DNA of 64,000 bases from Geodermatophilaceae bacterium (GTDB lineage: Bacteria > Actinomycetota > Actinomycetes > Mycobacteriales > Geodermatophilaceae). Both the position numbers and the translations under genes were made by a program. Location of the stretch: assembly GCA_013695685.1 (NCBI GenBank), contig JACCZY010000046.1:5464-69463 (forward strand), given 5' to 3'. This document shows positions 58,924 through 64,000 of the stretch, in pieces. A model generated the notes under the pieces. That model saw only the letters and a program-made list of their open reading frames with translations, did no database searches and was not told the DNA's origin. Every line of letters begins with the position of its first letter. The first letter of the stretch is position 1.

Positions 58924-59220
58924 TCAGAGTTTGGCGGCGAGAACGTCGATCGGCTTGATGTCCGGCGGGGAACTGAGCAGGTCGTCCGCCTTGTCCATCA
59001 GCGCCGCGGCGATCGGTCCGTTGAGGTGCGCCTGCCGCCCGTCGTCACTGGGGAAGACGTCGAAGACGCCGTACGTCGAGTCATCGAGCTTGATCGCGAA
59101 CCAGGCGGTCGTGTCCGGTTCCTGCTGCGCCAGCGGCAGCGCGCTCTCCAGGAAGGAGGCCAACTCCTCCTCCTTGCCAGGCTTTGCCGTGAGGGTTACC
59201 TGCAGACCTACCGTGACCAT
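58924..59220 (-). CDS. Antibiotic-biosynthesis-monooxygenase (ABM/Dabb) fold protein
   Basis: 98 aa from an ATG preceded by GGGAGA. The ferredoxin-like pattern (VTLTAKPGKEEELASFL...WFAIKLDDSTYGVFDVF) is typical of ABM-domain proteins. Confidence 0.6.
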   Translation of the reverse strand: MVTVGLQVTLTAKPGKEEELASFLESALPLAQQEPDTTAWFAIKLDDSTYGVFDVFPSDDGRQAHLNGPIAAALMDKADDLLSSPPDIKPIDVLAAKL

Positions 59221-59297
59221 CTCGCATCTCCCGTCGCTGATTGGGCGTACCGAGCACCGCTCGGCCAACCGTACGGGCGCGGGGCAGGGGCGTCTGC

Positions 59298-61061
59298 TCA
59301 ACCGGTGATTTCGCAGATCACCGAACCGCTGGTGACCACGGCGCCTACCGCGGCAGCGAGGCCGGACACGGTGCCGTCCTTGTGCGCGTTGAGGGGTTGC
59401 TCCATCTTCATGGCTTCGAGGACGACGATGAGGTCTCCGGCGGCAACCGTCGCACCGTCCTCGACGGCGATCTTGACGATCGTGCCCTGCATCGGGCTGG
59501 TCAGCGCGTCGCCACTCGCGCCGCCGCCTGCCTTTGCACCGCCCGCGCGACGGGGTGCCGCCTTCTTGATCTTCGCCCCGGCGCCGAGCCCGGCCGGGAG
59601 CGAGACCTCCAGCCGGCGCCCACCGACCTCCACGACGACGGTCTCCCGCTCGGTCAGCTCGGCGTCGGAGTCGGAGGCGGATTCGGCGGCATCGGCGTAC
59701 GGCGGGATCCGGTTGTCGAACTCGGTCTCTATCCACCGGGTGTGCACGGTGAACGCCGAGCCGTCGGCCGGCACAAAGGCCGGGTCCTCGACCACGACGC
59801 GGTGGAACGGCAGCAGGGTCGCCATCCCCTCGACCCGCATCTCGGCCAGCGCCCGGCGGGAGCGTTCCAGGGCGTGCTCGCGACTGCTGCCCACCACGAT
59901 CAGCTTGGCCAGCAGTGAGTCGAACGCGCCGCCGATGACCGACCCGGCCTCGACCCCGGAGTCGACCCGTACGCCGGGACCGGCCGGCGGCACCCAGGTG
60001 GTGACGGTCCCGGGCGCCGGCAGGAAGTTGCGGCCAGGGTCCTCGCCGTTGATCCGGAACTCGAACGCGTGCCCGTACGGCGCCGGATCCTCGGTCAGGG
60101 TCAGCTTCTCACCGGCGGCGATCCGCAGCTGCTCGCGGACGAGGTCCAGGCCGGTGGTCTCCTCGCTGACCGGGTGCTCGACCTGCAACCGGGTGTTGAC
60201 CTCCAGGAACGACACGGTCCCGTCGGCGCCGACGAGGAACTCAACGGTCCCTGCGCCGTGGTAGCCGGCTTCCGCGCAGATCGCCTTCGCCGAGGCGTGG
60301 ATCTCAGTGCGCTGATCGTCGGTGAGGAACGGCGCGGGCGCCTCCTCGACGAGTTTCTGATGCCTGCGCTGCAGAGAGCAGTCCCGCGTCCCCACCACGA
60401 TGACTGTGCCGTGCGTATCGGCGAGGATCTGCGCTTCGACGTGCCGGGGCTTGTCCAGGTACCGCTCGACGAAGCACTCCCCGCGCCCGAACGCCGACTC
60501 GGCCTCGCGCACGGCAGAGGCGAAGAGTTCCGGGATCTCCTCGATCGTGCGGGCGACCTTGAGCCCGCGCCCACCGCCACCGAAGGCCGCCTTGATGGCT
60601 ACCGGTACGCCGTACTCGCGGGCAAAGGCGACCACCTCGTCCGGTCCGCTCACCGGGTCCTTGGTGCCAGGTACCAGCGGGGCGCCGGCCTTGGTCGCGA
60701 TATGCCGAGCCTGCACCTTGTCACCGAGTGCCAGGATCGCCTCGGGCGTCGGGCCCACCCAGATCAGGCCGGCGTCGATGACCGCTTGGGCGAAGTCGGA
60801 GTTCTCGGCCAGGAAGCCGTAGCCGGGATGCACGGTGTCCGCACCGGACTGCCGGCACGCCTCGATGATCTTGTCGATCACGAGGTAGGAGTCGCCCGGG
60901 GTAGTCCCGCCCAGCGCGAACGCCTCGTCGGCCATCCGGACGTGCAGCGCGTCGCGGTCGGGTTCGGCGTAGACCGCGACGCTGGTCAGCCCGGCGTCCT
61001 TGCAGGCCCGGATGACGCGCACTGCGATCTCGCCGCGGTTGGCGATGAGGACCTTCTGCAC
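59298..61061 (-). CDS. accA: Acyl-CoA carboxylase alpha subunit (biotin carboxylase + biotin carboxyl carrier domain)
   Basis: [13 protein letters not shown]-grasp [18 protein letters not shown], and C-terminal biotinylation motif LEAMKME. GTG start preceded by GGAGGGAAAG. Confidence 0.95.
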   Translation of the reverse strand: MQKVLIANRGEIAVRVIRACKDAGLTSVAVYAEPDRDALHVRMADEAFALGGTTPGDSYLVIDKIIEACRQSGADTVHPGYGFLAENSDFAQAVIDAGLIWVGPTPEAILALGDKVQARHIATKAGAPLVPGTKDPVSGPDEVVAFAREYGVPVAIKAAFGGGGRGLKVARTIEEIPELFASAVREAESAFGRGECFVERYLDKPRHVEAQILADTHGTVIVVGTRDCSLQRRHQKLVEEAPAPFLTDDQRTEIHASAKAICAEAGYHGAGTVEFLVGADGTVSFLEVNTRLQVEHPVSEETTGLDLVREQLRIAAGEKLTLTEDPAPYGHAFEFRINGEDPGRNFLPAPGTVTTWVPPAGPGVRVDSGVEAGSVIGGAFDSLLAKLIVVGSSREHALERSRRALAEMRVEGMATLLPFHRVVVEDPAFVPADGSAFTVHTRWIETEFDNRIPPYADAAESASDSDAELTERETVVVEVGGRRLEVSLPAGLGAGAKIKKAAPRRAGGAKAGGGASGDALTSPMQGTIVKIAVEDGATVAAGDLIVVLEAMKMEQPLNAHKDGTVSGLAAAVGAVVTSGSVICEITG

Positions 61062-61096
61062 CGGCGCTTTCCCTCCAGCGTGCTGACGGCGTGAGT

Positions 61097-61744
61097 CTAG
61101 GCTGATCGCCACAGTGCCGTGATCAACACGTCGTGGCGTGCCAGCAACCGCCGCAGCACCGGCAGGGACAGCCCGATGACCGTGCCGGGATCGCCGTCGA
61201 CGCTGTCGACGAACGGCCCACCCAGTCCGTCGATCGTGAACGCGCCGGCGACCCGCAGCGGCTCTCCGGAGCAGATGTACGCCGTCAGCTCGGCAGCTGT
61301 CGGCCGCCCGAAGCGGACCACGGTCGAGCTGACCTCGCCGAAGCGCCGGCCGGTCAGCGTCGAGATCAGGCAGTGCCCGGTGTACAGCACGCCGGTGCGG
61401 CCGGCCATCTGCTGCCAGCGCCGCTGCGCCTCGGCGGCGTCGGCCGGCTTGCCCAAGACGTCGCCGTCGAGGTCCAGCGCCGAGTCGCATCCGAGTACCA
61501 GCGCGTCGCCGTCTTCGCCGTCTTCGCCGTCTTCGCCGTCTTCGCCGTCGAGGCCGGCCGCCACCGTGGCGGCCTTGGCCTCGGCCAGGGCGGCGCACAG
61601 GCCGGCGGCGTCCGGCGCCGTGACGGCTGCCTCGTCGACCCCGCTCACGACGACCTCGGGCGCCATCCCGGCGGCGCGCAGTAAGCGCAGCCGGGCCGGC
61701 GAGCCGCTGGCAAGCACGAACCGCGGAGCCTGCTGCCCGGTCAC
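61097..61744 (-). CDS. maf: Maf-family nucleoside-triphosphate pyrophosphatase (septum-formation-protein-like)
   Basis: [13 protein letters not shown]-terminal motif, [13 protein letters not shown]. The preferred GTG start forms a GTGA overlap with the accE stop (track ATG at 61765 is the alternative). Confidence 0.85.
   Translation of the reverse strand: MTGQQAPRFVLASGSPARLRLLRAAGMAPEVVVSGVDEAAVTAPDAAGLCAALAEAKAATVAAGLDGEDGEDGEDGEDGDALVLGCDSALDLDGDVLGKPADAAEAQRRWQQMAGRTGVLYTGHCLISTLTGRRFGEVSSTVVRFGRPTAAELTAYICSGEPLRVAGAFTIDGLGGPFVDSVDGDPGTVIGLSLPVLRRLLARHDVLITALWRSA
61505..61549 (-). repeat. Perfect 9-bp tandem repeat (gtcttcgcc x4 on the plus strand) encoding (GED)n inside maf
   Basis: Units at 61511-19, 61520-28, 61529-37 and 61538-46, with partial copies on each side. 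Translation on the minus strand is [14 protein letters not shown]. Confidence 0.95.
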
Positions 61745-61995
61745 GGCAGCGCTGACGTCCGCCACGCTCCGGACCCGGTGCGCAGCGGGCGCCGCATGAG
61801 GGGCTGGCGGTCTGCCCAGCCGGGAGCGGTACGCCGCTGCGCCGGCGGCTCGGTCCGGGTCAGCACGACGACGAGCAGCGCGGCGAGTTCCTGCGGCGTC
61901 GGGTCGCCGCGGACGATCCGCAGCACCGGCCTGTCCAGGTCACTTCCGGCGTGCTCCTCAGCACCCGTTTCAGCCACCTCCACTCCCACACCCAC
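61741..61995 (-). CDS. Acyl-CoA carboxylase epsilon subunit
   Basis: [21 protein letters not shown] is the hallmark of AccE-type epsilon subunits. It sits immediately downstream of the carboxyltransferase gene. The exact start is uncertain. Confidence 0.65.
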   Translation of the reverse strand: MGVGVEVAETGAEEHAGSDLDRPVLRIVRGDPTPQELAALLVVVLTRTEPPAQRRTAPGWADRQPLMRRPLRTGSGAWRTSALP

Positions 61996-62079
61996 TTTGC
62001 CTGCCGGGTGGCCGCCTGCGCGCCCGATGTGCCCGCTGTGCGCGGCCGTGCGACAGGCAAAGTCGCCGAGGGTGGGCAG

Positions 62080-63705
62080 TCACAGCGGGATGTTCCCGTG
62101 CTTCTTCGGCGGGAGCGACTCGCGCTTGTTGCGCAACAGCCGGAGCGCGCGCACGACGTAGGAGCGGGTGTACGACGGCGGGATCACCGAGTCGACGTAC
62201 CCGCGCTCCGCAGCGACATAGGGATTGGCGAGGGACTCCTCGTACTCGGTGATGTAGGTCGCCCGCGCCGCGTCCGGGTCCTCGGCCGCGGTGAGCTCGC
62301 TCCGGTAGAGGATGTTGACAGCACCCTGCGCCCCCATCACCGCGATCTGAGCGGTCGGCCAGGCCAGGTTGACGTCGGCGCCGAGATGCTTGGAGCCCAT
62401 CACGTCGTAGGCCCCGCCGTAGGCCTTGCGAGTGATGACGGTGACCTTCGGGACAGTTGCCTCGGCGTAGGCGTAGATGAGCTTGGCCCCGCGCCGGATG
62501 ATGCCGTCCCACTCCTGGTCGGTCCCGGGCAGGAAGCCCGGGACGTCGACGAAGGTGAGTACCGGGACGTTGAAGGCGTCGCAGGTCCGCACGAAACGGG
62601 CGGCCTTCTCCGAGGCCTCGATGTCCAGACAGCCGGCCAGGTGCAGTGGCTGGTTCGCGACCACACCCACCGAGCGGCCCTCGACCCGCCCGAATCCGCA
62701 GAGGATGTTCGGGGCGAAGAGCTCGTGGATCTCCAGGAAGTCGCCCTCGTCGAGAACGTGCCCGATCACCTCGTGCATGTCGTACGGCGTGTTCGCCGAG
62801 TCCGGGATGAAGCTGTCCAGCTCGCGATCGGCGTCGGTGATCCCGTCGGGGATCGCCGCGTCGAACTCCACGTCGTAGGACGGGACTTCGTCCAGGTTGT
62901 TGCTCGGCAGGAACGACAGCAGCGCCTTGACGAAGTCGATGGCGCCTTGCTCGTCGCCGGCCATGTGATGGGCCACGCCGGACTTGGTGTTGTGCGACCT
63001 CGCGCCGCCGAGTTCCTCCATCGGGACGTCCTCGCCGGTCACCGTCTTGATGACGTCCGGCCCGGTGATGAACATGTGCGAGGTCTGGTCGACCATGACG
63101 ACGAAGTCGGTGATGGCGGGGGAGTAGACCGCGCCGCCGGCGCAGGGCCCCATGATGAGCGAGATCTGCGGTATCACGCCGGAGGCCTGCACGTTGCGGT
63201 AGAAGATCTCGCCGTAGAGGCCGAGGGAGACCACTCCCTCCTGGATCCGCGCGCCACCGGAGTCGTTGATCCCGATCAGCGGGCAGCCATTCTTCATGGC
63301 CAGGTCCATCACCTTGACGATCTTCTCGCCGAACACCTCGCCCAGGCTGCCGCCGAACACCGTGAAGTCCTGGGCGAAGACGCAGACCGGGCGCTCATCC
63401 ACCGTGCCGTAGCCGGTGACGACCCCGTCGCCGTACGGCCGGTTCTTCTCCTGCCCGAAGGCCACGCTGCGGTGCCGGGCGAGCTCGTCCATCTCGATGA
63501 ACGAGCCAGGGTCGAGCAGCATGTCGATCCGCTCGCGGGCGGTCATCTTGCCCCGCGCGTGCTGCTTGTCCACCGCCCGTGCCGATCCGGCGTGGACCGC
63601 CTCCTCGTTGCGCTGGATCAGATCCGCGAGCTTGCCCGCGGTCGAATGCACGTCGGGCGGCTGGTCCGCAGGAACGTCCACGCCGTCAGCGGGGTGCGCT
63701 GTCAC
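62080..63705 (-). CDS. pccB: Acyl-CoA carboxylase carboxyltransferase beta subunit (propionyl-CoA carboxylase type, AccD5/PccB-like)
   Basis: [39 protein letters not shown] and [10 protein letters not shown] prefer the GTG start at 63705 because the 63756 start would overlap divergent birA. Confidence 0.93.
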   Translation of the reverse strand: MTAHPADGVDVPADQPPDVHSTAGKLADLIQRNEEAVHAGSARAVDKQHARGKMTARERIDMLLDPGSFIEMDELARHRSVAFGQEKNRPYGDGVVTGYGTVDERPVCVFAQDFTVFGGSLGEVFGEKIVKVMDLAMKNGCPLIGINDSGGARIQEGVVSLGLYGEIFYRNVQASGVIPQISLIMGPCAGGAVYSPAITDFVVMVDQTSHMFITGPDVIKTVTGEDVPMEELGGARSHNTKSGVAHHMAGDEQGAIDFVKALLSFLPSNNLDEVPSYDVEFDAAIPDGITDADRELDSFIPDSANTPYDMHEVIGHVLDEGDFLEIHELFAPNILCGFGRVEGRSVGVVANQPLHLAGCLDIEASEKAARFVRTCDAFNVPVLTFVDVPGFLPGTDQEWDGIIRRGAKLIYAYAEATVPKVTVITRKAYGGAYDVMGSKHLGADVNLAWPTAQIAVMGAQGAVNILYRSELTAAEDPDAARATYITEYEESLANPYVAAERGYVDSVIPPSYTRSYVVRALRLLRNKRESLPPKKHGNIPL

Positions 63706-63724
63706 GGCGGCATAGCCTAGTCCC

Positions 63725-64000
63725 GTGTACGCCGACTTGAGCCGACCACCGCTCAACGCGGTGGCGCTGTCCCGGGCAGTGGTGTTCGACGGGTCGCTGT
63801 GGCGGGAGTTACGGGTCGTTGCGAGCGCCGGTTCGACGAACGCCGACCTCGCCGTGCTGGCGCGGGAGGGTGCGCCGCAGGGCGTGGTCCTGGTCGCCGA
63901 GCAGCAGACGCTCGGGAGGGGGCGGCTGGACCGTGGCTGGGTCTCCCCGCCGCAGGCCGGGCTGACGTTCTCGATACTGCTGCGCCCGCCCGGCGACTTC
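63725..64000 (+). CDS. birA: Biotin--[acetyl-CoA-carboxylase] ligase (N-terminal fragment; 3' end lies outside the window)
   Basis: GTG start, STNADL, and the biotin-binding loop [12 protein letters not shown] (GRGRxGR). Divergent from the carboxyltransferase gene, as in mycobacteria. Confidence 0.8.
   Translation, partial: MYADLSRPPLNAVALSRAVVFDGSLWRELRVVASAGSTNADLAVLAREGAPQGVVLVAEQQTLGRGRLDRGWVSPPQAGLTFSILLRPPGDF

Noticed and set aside
59250-59264. Short hairpin CCGAGC-acc-GCTCGG downstream of accA as an intrinsic terminator
   Set aside because: The stem is only 6 bp and no U-tract follows on the transcribed strand. This is too weak to annotate.
61505-61549. Possible CRISPR-like or intergenic repeat array
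   Set aside because: The units are only 9 bp, directly abutting with no spacers, and lie in frame inside the maf coding sequence. This is a coding minisatellite, not a CRISPR array.
63706-63756. Longer start (63756) for the carboxyltransferase beta subunit
   Set aside because: It would overlap the divergent birA coding start head-to-head and add residues ([17 protein letters not shown]) not seen in PccB/AccD5 N-termini as I remember them. GTG 63705 gives the familiar ...[12 protein letters not shown] spacing.

Overview
High-GC actinobacterial chromosomal segment, almost fully coding: about 63 CDS. I found no rRNA, tRNA, CRISPR array, transposase or integrase. Many adjacent genes overlap by 4 nt (ATGA or GTGA), so long translationally coupled operons are the norm here.

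Content in order:
(1) 0.8-7.9 kb, minus strand: a chain running DoxX, stand-alone LigD polymerase domain, YbaK-like deacylase, GNAT, CrtI-like oxidoreductase, CapA-like lipoprotein, CruF-like membrane protein, GT2.
(2) An MFS transporter and a secreted phytase-like protein.
(3) 10.66-15.45 kb: an operon of two small proteins (DUF6504-like and SAV_6107/HEPN-like) coupled to a DnaE2-type polymerase. It sits behind a promoter with both a RecA-NDp/PafBC-type motif and a perfect LexA box. No ImuA'/ImuB is present. This is my top candidate for an under-described system.
(4) Housekeeping genes: TPP enzyme, map, methyltransferase, CNNM/CorC, galE, aminotransferase, an unknown 365-aa protein, trpS, 2H phosphoesterase, YihY, DD-carboxypeptidase.
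(5) 27.7-34.9 kb: an eight-gene nucleoside uptake and catabolism operon (BMP lipoprotein, ABC ATPase, two permeases, cdd, deoA, cupin).
(6) About 6 kb of accessory-looking genes: a VapC toxin with a Phd/YefM-type antitoxin and a palindromic operator, an ABC-2 exporter, a NarL-type two-component system, and a fused membrane/spermidine-synthase-like protein.
(7) add; a GH13 alpha-glucosidase with no canonical start codon (CTGA overlap); an internally duplicated, very acidic protein; a full aldehyde dehydrogenase plus a truncated one; deoC; upp; phospho-sugar mutase; SDR; punA.
(8) A split methylmalonyl-CoA-mutase-type catalytic subunit, M20 amidohydrolase, GGCT, LpdA-like flavoprotein, fructosamine kinase, methyltransferase, ABM.
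(9) accA, maf (with a 9-bp in-frame tandem repeat), accE, pccB, and divergent birA.

From memory, gene order from about 26 kb onward resembles the mycobacterial Rv3279c-Rv3336c neighbourhood and the Streptomyces nucleoside-catabolism region. I could not run any search to confirm this.
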